Positions 10,042 through 18,969 of a DNA stretch of 64,000 nt are shown in pieces. Source of the stretch: Acidimicrobiia bacterium (GTDB taxonomy: Bacteria > Actinomycetota > Acidimicrobiia > IMCC26256 > JAENVU01); NCBI GenBank assembly GCA_025361725.1, contig JANYJV010000010.1, positions 6,541 through 70,540 on the forward strand. The letters run 5' to 3'. The notes beneath the pieces were generated by a model. It did not search any database. It was not told the DNA's origin and saw only the letters and a program-made list of their open reading frames with translations. Numbering within the stretch: the stretch's first letter is position 1; every line of letters begins with the position of its first letter. The translations under genes were made by a program, and so were the position numbers.

Positions 10042-11133
10042 CTACGACCGGATGAGCGGATGCTTCGTGAAGAAGTCCCACATGATCTCGTCGGCGTTGA
10101 TGTTCATGGTGGTGGGCCCGACGATGGACACGATCGATTGTGAGAACGGGCTTCCCGGCCACGTGTGGCCGCCGCCCTCCACGCGGTAGAGCACCGTCTC
10201 GGACCCGGGCGAGCAGTCAAAGCTGACCTCGACCACGTCGGCGGCCACCTTCTGTTCCTTCGTTGCCGTTGTGCAACCGTTGCGCTTCGCCCAGGCTTCC
10301 ATGATCTTCGGGATCGAGTCCTTGCCCCCGGCCGCCAACTGGCTCGGCGTCGCAATGTCCCTGAGCTTCTTGCCGGACCCGTCCGGCGCGGGGAGGTCGA
10401 GGCCCTTTTCTCCGAGCCCGCCGTTGAACGACACGTACCCGTCGGCGGTGCCGTGGAAGGTGACGATCGGCACCGCCCGCTTGGGGGCGCACCCTTCGAT
10501 GTTGCGCACACCGGCCACCGGCGCCACTGCGGCCACCCGGTCACTGAACGCACACGCGACGGCCGACGTCATGAACGCGCCGTTCGACAAGCCGGTGACG
10601 TACACACGGTTCGTGTCGATGCAGAGGTTCTTCTCCGCGGCGTCGAGCATCTCACCGGTGAACGTCAGGTCTTTCGAACCCAGGGTGGTGTCCCAGCGCG
10701 GCACGGGTCCGGTGCCCATGGGCGTGAGCGTGACGAAGCCCTTGGTCGCACCGAACTTGGTGAGACCGCTCATCTGGAGGTGGACATCCGCGCCCTCGCT
10801 GTAACCGTGGAAGTCCAGGACCAACGGCACCGGCGAGGTGCCGTTGTGGGCCGGCGGCACGTCTTGGTAGTACCAGCGCGATTCACCGCTCGACGTCATC
10901 GTGGCCTTGGTCTGGCCGGCGGTCACACTCGCGCCGGCACCACTGCAACCCGCCGACTTCACGGCCGGAACTGACGCCGGGTCGATGGTCTTTCCCGACT
11001 TCCCCGCCGTAGATGTGGACGGGGACTTCGATGAGGCCGTCTGCTTGGCGGCAGTCGAGCCATCGCTGCTGCACGCGGCGAACGCCACCAGCCCGCCTGC
11101 GAGCACGACCGACATCAGCACCTTGCGACTCAT
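10042..11133 (-). CDS. PHB-depolymerase/LpqC-like esterase lipoprotein
   Basis: Signal peptide with lipobox FAAC; DFHGY, TGLSNGAFM, FHGTAD, GGGHTWPG. Confidence 0.88.
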   Translation of the reverse strand: MSRKVLMSVVLAGGLVAFAACSSDGSTAAKQTASSKSPSTSTAGKSGKTIDPASVPAVKSAGCSGAGASVTAGQTKATMTSSGESRWYYQDVPPAHNGTSPVPLVLDFHGYSEGADVHLQMSGLTKFGATKGFVTLTPMGTGPVPRWDTTLGSKDLTFTGEMLDAAEKNLCIDTNRVYVTGLSNGAFMTSAVACAFSDRVAAVAPVAGVRNIEGCAPKRAVPIVTFHGTADGYVSFNGGLGEKGLDLPAPDGSGKKLRDIATPSQLAAGGKDSIPKIMEAWAKRNGCTTATKEQKVAADVVEVSFDCSPGSETVLYRVEGGGHTWPGSPFSQSIVSIVGPTTMNINADEIMWDFFTKHPLIRS

Positions 11134-11217
11134 GGTTCTCCCCGGACGATTCAAAGCGCAGACCCTACGCGGCGGAGCGCACTCGCTCCGCTCGCTGTCT
11201 TGCCGCGTGACGCCCTC

Positions 11218-12369
11218 CTACCGGCGTTGCGCGCTCTTCACTGCGGCGGCGCCGACCTTGAGAAGGCGCTGATCACCAACGGGCGTTCCCGCCATCCGGC
11301 TACAGGTCATCGCCACGGACAATTCGAGCGTGGGGTCGGCCCACGCGCCCGACCCACCCAAACCGAAGTGGCCGTAGCCCTGAGGCCTTCCGCCGCGAGT
11401 CGTGGCGGCCATGTGGTATCCGAGCCGCCACCGCATCGGGAAGCCGAGCACGACGTCGCGCGCGGTCGTGCGTACCGTCGTCGCAGTCTTCAACGTTTCG
11501 GGCGAGATGAACGGCGTACCGTTCACGGATTCACCGGTCGCCAAGACCGAGTACATCCGGGCCAACGACCGCGCGGTGAAGCAGCCGTTCAACGCCGGAA
11601 GTTCGGCTTCGTACACCGCGCCGCTCTCGATGAGCTCGGCGACATCGTCGACGAGAAACGCGTCGAGTGACATTTGGAACCGTCCGAGCCGGTCGAGCCG
11701 CGCCACCACGCGCTGGGTGCGTTCTTCGTCCGGCCACGACGTGATGAGGGTGGCGACGCGCCCGCGCGCCGGCCCGCGTGCACCGATCGACATGCCGTCG
11801 AGTTCCAGCGGCTGCACTATTTCCGCCTGGATCACCCCGTCGACCGTGAGTCCGGTCACTCGCCGCAGCACCTCGCCGACGAGGAAGCCGAAGGTGATGG
11901 CGTGGTACCCGTGCTTGGTTCCCGGCGCGTACGCGGGTTCGGCCGCGGCGAGCGCGTCGATCGTGCGATCCCAGTCGAGCAACTGCGCGCCGTTGTCGAT
12001 GATGCCGCGCACTCGGTGCATCCCCGCCGAATGGTCCAGCAGGTTGGTGATCCGAATGTCTTCCTTGCCCGCGGCCTTGAACTCGGGCCAGTACTCGGCC
12101 ACCGGCGCATTGAGATCCAGCTCGCCGCGGTCGGCCAGCCGGTGCGCGGCAGTCGCCACCACACCCTTGCTCGTCGACCAACTCATCGCGGTCGTGTCAT
12201 GCTCCCACGGCCGGCCTTCCTCATCTCGGTCCCCGGCCCAAACGTCGACCACCTTCTCGCCCCGGTGGAACACGGCGGCGGCGGCGCCTCCACCGCGTTT
12301 GTGCTTCAGCGTGGCTCGGAGCGCGGTCGCGACCTCGGCGAAATCAGGATGGACAAAGCCCTGCATCAT
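11218..12369 (-). CDS. Serine hydrolase, beta-lactamase class C / family VIII esterase
   Basis: WSTSKG (SxxK), LLDHSAG, HGYHAITFG, GHFGLGGS. Confidence 0.9.
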   Translation of the reverse strand: MMQGFVHPDFAEVATALRATLKHKRGGGAAAAVFHRGEKVVDVWAGDRDEEGRPWEHDTTAMSWSTSKGVVATAAHRLADRGELDLNAPVAEYWPEFKAAGKEDIRITNLLDHSAGMHRVRGIIDNGAQLLDWDRTIDALAAAEPAYAPGTKHGYHAITFGFLVGEVLRRVTGLTVDGVIQAEIVQPLELDGMSIGARGPARGRVATLITSWPDEERTQRVVARLDRLGRFQMSLDAFLVDDVAELIESGAVYEAELPALNGCFTARSLARMYSVLATGESVNGTPFISPETLKTATTVRTTARDVVLGFPMRWRLGYHMAATTRGGRPQGYGHFGLGGSGAWADPTLELSVAMTCSRMAGTPVGDQRLLKVGAAAVKSAQRR

Positions 12370-13547
12370 CCGGGAATCCTTCCACGACGGACCGGCAACT
12401 CGCTCATCCCACGCACGAGCGTCGATGCCGTCCACGTCGGTTCGCACTCCACCCCCCAGGTCCCCCACCGGGCCAGGAGTTCTTCGAGCAGGACCCGTGC
12501 TTCGAGGCGGGCCAGCGCGGCACCGAGACACAGGTGTTCGCCAAACCCAAACGCAAGGTGGGGCGGATCCGTCGGCCGGGTCACGTCGAACCGGTCTGCG
12601 GTCGGACCGAACGCGGCCTCGTCACGGTTCGCGGAGGCGTACAACATGATCACAAACGCATCGGCCGGGATTGCCACGTCGAGCACCTCGACGTCCCGAG
12701 TCGCGGTGCGGCCGAACGCCTGGATCGGTGTGACCCACCGCAGACTCTCCTCGACCGCCGCCGGGATCGCGGATGCGTCCTGGGCCAGGGCACGACGTTG
12801 GTCGGGGTGCTCGGCGAGGGCGAGTGCGGCGCCCGAGATGAGATGCCGAGTGGTCTCGTTTCCGGCTACGAGCAGGGAGACACAGAACATGCGCGCCTCG
12901 GCATGGGTGAGCCGATGGCCCTGGACCTCTGCGTGCACCAGCGTCGACATCAGGTCGTCGCGAGGTGTCACCGCCCGCTCCTGCAATTGCTCGTCCAAGA
13001 ACCGCCACAATTCTCCGGCGAGCGCGAACACTGCCGGGTCCGTCGTGTCCGGCGCTTCGATCATCGCGTCGGACCACCGGCGGAAGTCGCTCCGGTCCGC
13101 GTCGCCCACGCCGAGGAGTTCCGCGATCACCTGGACCGGGAATGGTGCCGCGACCGCCTCGACGAAGTCCCCGGCGTCCTCCGGCGCGATTGCGTCGAGC
13201 ACTTCGACCGCGAGTTCCCGGATACGCGCTTCGAGACCAACCACTCCCCGTGGCGTGAACTCGCGGTTGACCAGCTTGCGGTACGCGGCGTGGTTGGGCG
13301 GGTCCATGTGCAGCACCGACCCCGACATGTCGGCCGGCGCGAACCGCAGCGGATCGTTGACCAGCACACCGCGGCTTGAGCAAAAGTCCGCAGGGTTGCG
13401 CGAGATGGCACGCACCTCCTGGTAGCGCGCCACGGTGAACACGTCGTCGTCCAGCTGGTGCACAGGCGCGGCGGCGCGCAACTCGGCGAGGCGCTCGAAG
13501 TAGTCGGGCGCGGTGAACGTGCCGGGGATGCGCGGGTCGAGGATCAC
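12366..13547 (-). CDS. Cytochrome P450
   Basis: I-helix AGNETT, ESLR (ExxR), heme motif FGFGEHLCLG. Confidence 0.95.
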   Translation of the reverse strand: MILDPRIPGTFTAPDYFERLAELRAAAPVHQLDDDVFTVARYQEVRAISRNPADFCSSRGVLVNDPLRFAPADMSGSVLHMDPPNHAAYRKLVNREFTPRGVVGLEARIRELAVEVLDAIAPEDAGDFVEAVAAPFPVQVIAELLGVGDADRSDFRRWSDAMIEAPDTTDPAVFALAGELWRFLDEQLQERAVTPRDDLMSTLVHAEVQGHRLTHAEARMFCVSLLVAGNETTRHLISGAALALAEHPDQRRALAQDASAIPAAVEESLRWVTPIQAFGRTATRDVEVLDVAIPADAFVIMLYASANRDEAAFGPTADRFDVTRPTDPPHLAFGFGEHLCLGAALARLEARVLLEELLARWGTWGVECEPTWTASTLVRGMSELPVRRGRIPG

Positions 13548-13580
13548 GGTTCGCAGGGATCGCGCATCGCGTCGGCGGCC

Positions 13581-14789
13581 CTACGCCGCGAGGCCGACGG
13601 CAGCCGTGCCCATCAGATCGAGGAAATTGTCGCAGTAGAACGCGCGGCGCACGGACTCGTCGGCATCGCCCAACGACGCCTCGAACCGTTCGAACGGTTT
13701 CCGACCACCCTCCACGTGCGGGTAGTCCGAGGAGAACATCGCCACCTCCGGACCAGCCTGCTCGATGATCCAGCCGACGTCTTCGGTGGGATAGGGCGTG
13801 AAGCGCATCTGCCGGCGCACGTACTCGGATGGCCGGAGTTCGAGGGCCTTGATCCGCTCCTCGTGGCGGTGGAACGCGTCGAACGCCGACTCCATCTGCC
13901 GCATCCACGAAGGGACCCAGATCGCACCCTGTTCGATGACCCCAACCTTGAGGTGGGGGAAACGGTCGAACACGCCGTCGAAGATCAGCGTCGCCAAGGT
14001 CTGTGCCGGCGGTCCGGGGATGCCCATGTAGTCGACGGACCGGAAGTTCTCCTCGCCGCCGTGAAAGTCCGGAGGGATCGGCAGGCCGTTGTTGAAGTAG
14101 CCGGGTTCGATGAGATCGCCGGTGCCACCGACGTGGAACACGATCGGGATACCGGCGTCCTGGGCCTGCGCCCACACCGGGTCCAAGGACCGATGACTCG
14201 GCGAATGATTCGGTGGACACCCGGACGCCACGAGCAATGCGGCCGCGCCACCGGCGATCGCCTCGCGCGCCATGGCCTTGGCGCGGTCGAAGTCCGCGAG
14301 TGGGACATAACAGGTAGGCAGCAGCCGGGCGTCGACGGAACAAAACTCGAGCATCCCGCGGTTGTGGGCGTGCGCCGTGCCGTACGCGAAGTCGAGATCG
14401 TCGCGGTGTTCCCAGTCGTGCAGTCGCCGATTGTGGAACGTGTTGAACAGCAACTGACTCGAGAACCCGAGCAGATCCAAGGCGCGTGGGCGGTCGTCGG
14501 CGATGAACGCACCCGTCGCGGCGAAGTTCTTACGAGCCATGATGTCGGTGGCTTCGGTCGCGCGGTATTCCTCGGACGCGTGCTTCGTTGCGATGCGATC
14601 GAACGCGACGGTGAGGTCACGGAGTTGCTCGTCCGGATCGCCGGTCTGTTGCAGTTCGTTCCCGCCCGAGAGCGACAACGGCGCAATGCGGTCCCTCAGA
14701 TCCGGGTCCGCGTGATCACGGAGCCACGAGGGCGTCTCCATGATGTGCGCGTCCGCGTCGTGCACGATCCGACCACTCACGTACGCCAT
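13581..14789 (-). CDS. Amidohydrolase-2 family metallo-hydrolase/decarboxylase
   Basis: DADAHIME, IVFHVG, GVFDRFPHLK..IE, FSSDYPHVEG. Confidence 0.88.
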   Translation of the reverse strand: MAYVSGRIVHDADAHIMETPSWLRDHADPDLRDRIAPLSLSGGNELQQTGDPDEQLRDLTVAFDRIATKHASEEYRATEATDIMARKNFAATGAFIADDRPRALDLLGFSSQLLFNTFHNRRLHDWEHRDDLDFAYGTAHAHNRGMLEFCSVDARLLPTCYVPLADFDRAKAMAREAIAGGAAALLVASGCPPNHSPSHRSLDPVWAQAQDAGIPIVFHVGGTGDLIEPGYFNNGLPIPPDFHGGEENFRSVDYMGIPGPPAQTLATLIFDGVFDRFPHLKVGVIEQGAIWVPSWMRQMESAFDAFHRHEERIKALELRPSEYVRRQMRFTPYPTEDVGWIIEQAGPEVAMFSSDYPHVEGGRKPFERFEASLGDADESVRRAFYCDNFLDLMGTAAVGLAA

Positions 14790-14840
14790 CCCGGCTCCCC
14801 TCGCATCACCTCGACGACCCCAGCCCGTGACCGTACTCCG

Positions 14841-14917
14841 GACCCTCTCCCCCACACTCTGGCGTCGCTCACGCCGCTCCACGCGGCGCTGGTGACGCCA
14901 GACGGTGGGTTTGGGTC
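14841..14917. repeat. Palindromic REP-like element, family A
   Basis: CCCACACTCTGGCGTCGCTCACGCCGC-TCCAC-GCGGCGCTGGTGACGCCAGACGGTGGG; imperfect inverted repeat, near-identical copy at 41177-41237. Confidence 0.85.
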
Positions 14918-16064
14918 AGCGAGGTGGGGCGAAGGGTCCGCCGGGGGCGAACGCGATCGCGGCGAAGCGTTCGGCGATGCGGAGGTAGCCGTCGCCGTCG
15001 GGGTGCAAGCCGTCCAGGAGCGTCGGCGCGTCTGCTTCGCCGAAGAGTTCCAGGCCGTCGACGTACGTGAGGTTGGCATCGCCGCTCGCCTGCCGGGCCA
15101 CCACTGCGGCGCCGAGGATTGTGCGGATGCGCCGCAGCGTGAGGCTCGTGGGCACCAGCTCCTGCGGCCGGTTCGGGACGACCCGAACCCGACCGTCCGG
15201 TGTCGTCAGCGTGGGACCGGGATGGTCCTCAACCACCGGACAGACGATCGGTGACACGACCACGATCGGCGTATCGGGCAGCTCGTCCCGCAGCGTGTCC
15301 ATGAAGCCGTGGAACGCCGGAGCGAAGGTCCGATCAGTGAAGCTGTTCGCGTTCACCACGTTGATTCCGACCTTCAGACTGATGAGGTCTGGACGTTGCT
15401 CCACGATCGAGCGGGCGACGAACTGATCCAGATGACACTGGCCGGCAATGCCGAACTGGAGCAGATCCACCTCGCCGAGCTGGGCCGCCACTGCGGGCCA
15501 GATCTCAGTGGGACCGTGCGCCTCGATGCAATGGCTGATCGAACTCCCGTAGTGCGCCCAGCGGCGTTTCGTACGCGGCGCCGGCTCGACGGCCGAACCG
15601 TCGGCAACCCGCAGCGCACGGAGCTGCGTCGCCGCGTTCTGCGGCAGCCAGATCTCGATGATCTTCATCGCGTCACCGAGATCGTCGAACCGCAACGCCA
15701 CCGGCTGGCCCTGCTCGACCTGAAGGTCCAAGGTCACGAGATCGATGACCAGCCGCGTGCCGGAGGGATCCTCAGTTCTCGCAACGCGCCGACCGTCGAC
15801 CACGACGTCGAAGTACATCGGACGAACCGGCGCCCCGACCACCGTGAACCCGGTGGTCGCCGCATCGAGCTCGATCCACGGCGAGTCGGTGCGCAGCATG
15901 ATTCGCACACCCGACCCGAGCGTGACCATGAAGTGCATGAACACGTCAGGAATTTGCGGACGCGTCCACGCGGGAAGCCGGCGAGGCGTGATCCCGGCAT
16001 CGGCGCGATCGAAGTCCAACGCCCCCACGACCTCAACCGCCCCACCTTCGAACGAGAGCTCCAC
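14916..16064 (-). CDS. SGNH/GDSL hydrolase with N-terminal beta domain
   Basis: YGSSISH, block II FGIAGQ, KVGIN, DGLHP; GGAGGA RBS before GTG 16064. Confidence 0.88.
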   Translation of the reverse strand: MELSFEGGAVEVVGALDFDRADAGITPRRLPAWTRPQIPDVFMHFMVTLGSGVRIMLRTDSPWIELDAATTGFTVVGAPVRPMYFDVVVDGRRVARTEDPSGTRLVIDLVTLDLQVEQGQPVALRFDDLGDAMKIIEIWLPQNAATQLRALRVADGSAVEPAPRTKRRWAHYGSSISHCIEAHGPTEIWPAVAAQLGEVDLLQFGIAGQCHLDQFVARSIVEQRPDLISLKVGINVVNANSFTDRTFAPAFHGFMDTLRDELPDTPIVVVSPIVCPVVEDHPGPTLTTPDGRVRVVPNRPQELVPTSLTLRRIRTILGAAVVARQASGDANLTYVDGLELFGEADAPTLLDGLHPDGDGYLRIAERFAAIAFAPGGPFAPPR

Positions 16065-16236
16065 CGCATTTCCTCCATCACTTCTGCGCTGCATCCGCAG
16101 CGCGGCGAGTCTCCTACGTACCCGGAATCGCTCGTCCCTCGCTCCCGGGCTACTCCGGGGACCGCGCAGGTGCCGGTGCAGCGTACGGCCCAAGAATTCA
16201 CCCCGGCTACACGCCGCAACCTGCGACGATTCCTGA

Positions 16237-17199
16237 GTGACCAACGAACCCCGACTCACTCCCGAACCGCAGCGCAGCGAAGGCGAGCCGGTCGGGAGCA
16301 TCCCGACCAACCACGCGAGCACCCACACCGAGCGGACGACCAGTAGTGAAGTCGGGAGCATCCCGACCAACCACGCGAGCACCCACACCGAGCGGACGAC
16401 CAGAAGTCAAGATACCTATACCCACGGCCATCACGAGTCGGTGTTGCGGAGTCACCGATGGCGGACGGCGGAGAACTCGGCCGGATACCTGCTCCCCCAC
16501 CTCACGCCGGGTCAAACGTTGCTCGACGTCGGCTGCGGACCCGGCAACATCACGATGGACCTCGCCGCGCTCGTCGCACCCGGCCGGGTTATCGGTATCG
16601 ACGCGGCTGCCGATGCCATCGACGCCGCGAACCAGGTCAACACGCAACCGGAGCAGGTCAGCTTCGCGATCGGTGACGTCTACGCGCTGGACGCGCCGGA
16701 CGCGACCTTCGACGTCGTGCACGCGCATCAGGTGCTCCAACACCTCACCCGACCGGTCGACGCGTTGCGCGAGATGCGGCGAGTCCTCCGACCGGGAGGC
16801 GTGGTAGCGGCGCGCGACAGCGACTATTCGTGCTTCTCATGGGCGCCGCTCGACCCGCGACTCACGCGTTGGAACGAGCTGTATCACGCGCTCGCACGTC
16901 ACAATCAGGCCGAACCCGACGCCGGTCGTTTCCTGCTCGGGTGGGCGCAGCAGGCCGGATTCACCGACGTCGTTGCGAGCAGTTCGAGCTGGACCTACGC
17001 AGACCCCGAGTCGCGCGCGTGGTGGGGTGGCCTCTGGGCTGATCGCGTGCAGCAATCATCCTTCGCCACCCAAGCGCTCGAGCACCGACTCTCCGACGCT
17101 GCGGAACTCGCAGACCTCGCGGACGCGTGGCTGAACTGGGGCCAACAGCCCGATGGTTGGCTGGCCATTCTCCACGGCGAGATCCTCGCCCGCGGCTGA
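16237..17199 (+). CDS. Class I SAM-dependent methyltransferase with repeat-derived N-terminal insert
   Basis: YTHGHHESVLRSH, LLDVGCGPG, FDVVHAHQVLQHL, LRPGG; no other in-frame start before the conserved part. Confidence 0.9.
   Translation: MTNEPRLTPEPQRSEGEPVGSIPTNHASTHTERTTSSEVGSIPTNHASTHTERTTRSQDTYTHGHHESVLRSHRWRTAENSAGYLLPHLTPGQTLLDVGCGPGNITMDLAALVAPGRVIGIDAAADAIDAANQVNTQPEQVSFAIGDVYALDAPDATFDVVHAHQVLQHLTRPVDALREMRRVLRPGGVVAARDSDYSCFSWAPLDPRLTRWNELYHALARHNQAEPDAGRFLLGWAQQAGFTDVVASSSSWTYADPESRAWWGGLWADRVQQSSFATQALEHRLSDAAELADLADAWLNWGQQPDGWLAILHGEILARG
16251..16410 (+). repeat. Repeat family B with a 60-bp tandem duplication inside a CDS
   Basis: 16291-16350 and 16351-16410 differ at 2 nt; each has a GTCGGGA-GCA-TCCCGAC hairpin; homologous to 19503-19680. 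Confidence 0.9.
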
Positions 17200-17217
17200 C
17201 CAGAATCTCCGCGCCGC

Positions 17218-18231
17218 TCAGGCCGGGGTGACCACCGGGAAGCGGATGTACTCGTCGATGAGAGCGAGACCGAGATGCTCGTCGCGCTCGACACGCTCAC
17301 CCCGACGCTCGCTCAGGTCAGCACACAAGGTCTCGAGGATGGCATCCAGGGTGAGATCGTCCGCGTGCGCGCGCCAGGTGTCCCGATCCGCTTCGCTCGC
17401 AAAGCAGTAGGCCTTCCACGACACCGACAGCCGCAACTCGGACCAGCGGTAGTCCGCCAACACGGCGTCGTCCGGTCCGCGCACGATCCACCGGTCACCT
17501 TCCGCTCGGAGACCGCAACCCGGCCGGAGAGGCGGCATCGCATCCGCGCTCACGGGCGAGACGCGATCGACACCGTGGAACACCGAGTCGGTGTCCAGCA
17601 CGAGCGCGGTGTTGGTGTGTATCGGATGGTGGACCATCGGTCCGGCGGGACCATCGGGCCAGTACGCGAGCGCGCCGCCGACCAGGTCGGAGAACCAGGC
17701 AATGCCCGTCGCGATGTGCATCCGGTACTGGTCGAAGAGTCCCGAGTGGTGCATGACGACGAGCAGCCACTGCGGAACGGTCTTGCGGCTCACACCACGG
17801 AACTCGGGAACGTCGGTATGGACGGCGAGTTCCTGACCCGGGACCATGAGGTTCGCGTACGCGATCTGTGGCTCGACGACAGACCTGCCGTGCACCACGC
17901 GGGCCGCATCCGCGAGGCGGGATGAGAACAGGAACGGCGCGATGTCCGGCGCGATCAGTTCGCCGCCGTACGCATACTCCTCGCGGAAGTAGCTGGTGCG
18001 GGCCGCGAGGGTACGAGGCGTCTCCGCCGCACGATGCAGTCCGCCGGTGTTGACGAAGTTCATGACGCTGTCGTGGCGCTGCACGAGCCCGGGACCCTCC
18101 GGGATCTCGATCGGCTCGAGTTCGCCGTAGGTGCGATAGCGCCCGAAGTGGATGCACAGATCGACGACCGATGCTGCATCCGTGTCGTTCAACAGCGGGT
18201 CTATCGGGACGATCGTTCGGGATCCGAGCAC
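17218..18231 (-). CDS. Hypothetical protein, possible 2OG-Fe(II) oxygenase fold
   Basis: NLMVPGQELAVHTD (HxD), GGAL, FHGV (distal His), RLSVSW. Confidence 0.55.
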   Translation of the reverse strand: MLGSRTIVPIDPLLNDTDAASVVDLCIHFGRYRTYGELEPIEIPEGPGLVQRHDSVMNFVNTGGLHRAAETPRTLAARTSYFREEYAYGGELIAPDIAPFLFSSRLADAARVVHGRSVVEPQIAYANLMVPGQELAVHTDVPEFRGVSRKTVPQWLLVVMHHSGLFDQYRMHIATGIAWFSDLVGGALAYWPDGPAGPMVHHPIHTNTALVLDTDSVFHGVDRVSPVSADAMPPLRPGCGLRAEGDRWIVRGPDDAVLADYRWSELRLSVSWKAYCFASEADRDTWRAHADDLTLDAILETLCADLSERRGERVERDEHLGLALIDEYIRFPVVTPA

Positions 18232-18264
18232 TGCGGCAGCGTACGACGTTGGTCCGAAGACGCG

Positions 18265-18879
18265 CTATAGGGTCAGGACGCCTGCGGCAATCAGAGCGTC
18301 GCGCGCTTCGTCGACCCCGCGCGCAATTTCAGCCGTAAACCCCGCGGCGCGCGCACCGTCGACGTTGATGACGTTGTCGTCCAGAAAGAGGATCCGTTCG
18401 GGCGCGAAACCTGCCAACTCCGCAACGCGATCGAAGAGATCTCGGTCGGGTTTCAACACGCCGAGTTCATGCGAAAGGAATCTGGGATTGAACGTGGCGA
18501 AGATCCCCCACTCAGAGAACCGCTCCTCGGTGTGCAACGAGTTCGTATTGCTCAAACAGCCCACCGCCACCACCTCCGCCACCTCAGCGACCAACGCCTC
18601 GGCGCCGGGCATCGGTCCGACCGGCCAGATGCGGAACGCTTCGAGGAACGCATCCGCCGGGACCGACAGCTTCCACTCGTCGACCATCCCCGCCGCGAAC
18701 TCGGACGCGGTGCACTCCCCCCGTTCGAACGCACGGACCCACGGACAGGACAGCCAGCGCTCCCACAACTCGTCGTCGCTGCTGATGCCGGCGAGATCCC
18801 GCATGGCACCGACACCACTGAGCTCGATGAGGACACCCCCGAGATCGAAGAGCACGAGATCGAACGGCACCGACGTCAT
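18265..18879 (-). CDS. HAD-superfamily phosphatase (YihX-like)
   Basis: FDLGGV, LSNTN, LKPD, FLDDN motifs. Confidence 0.9.
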   Translation of the reverse strand: MTSVPFDLVLFDLGGVLIELSGVGAMRDLAGISSDDELWERWLSCPWVRAFERGECTASEFAAGMVDEWKLSVPADAFLEAFRIWPVGPMPGAEALVAEVAEVVAVGCLSNTNSLHTEERFSEWGIFATFNPRFLSHELGVLKPDRDLFDRVAELAGFAPERILFLDDNVINVDGARAAGFTAEIARGVDEARDALIAAGVLTL

Positions 18880-18969
18880 CGCCTCATACTGCTGGGCGGG
18901 GGTCACGTTCACGAAATCGGATCGAAGACCTCCGAAACGGAACGCACCCCAGCACTAACTTCGGCGGTC

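Noticed and set aside
16291-16410. 60-bp periodic hairpin repeat as a mini-CRISPR
   Set aside because: The would-be spacers are near-identical, there are only two units, and the repeat lies inside a CDS.
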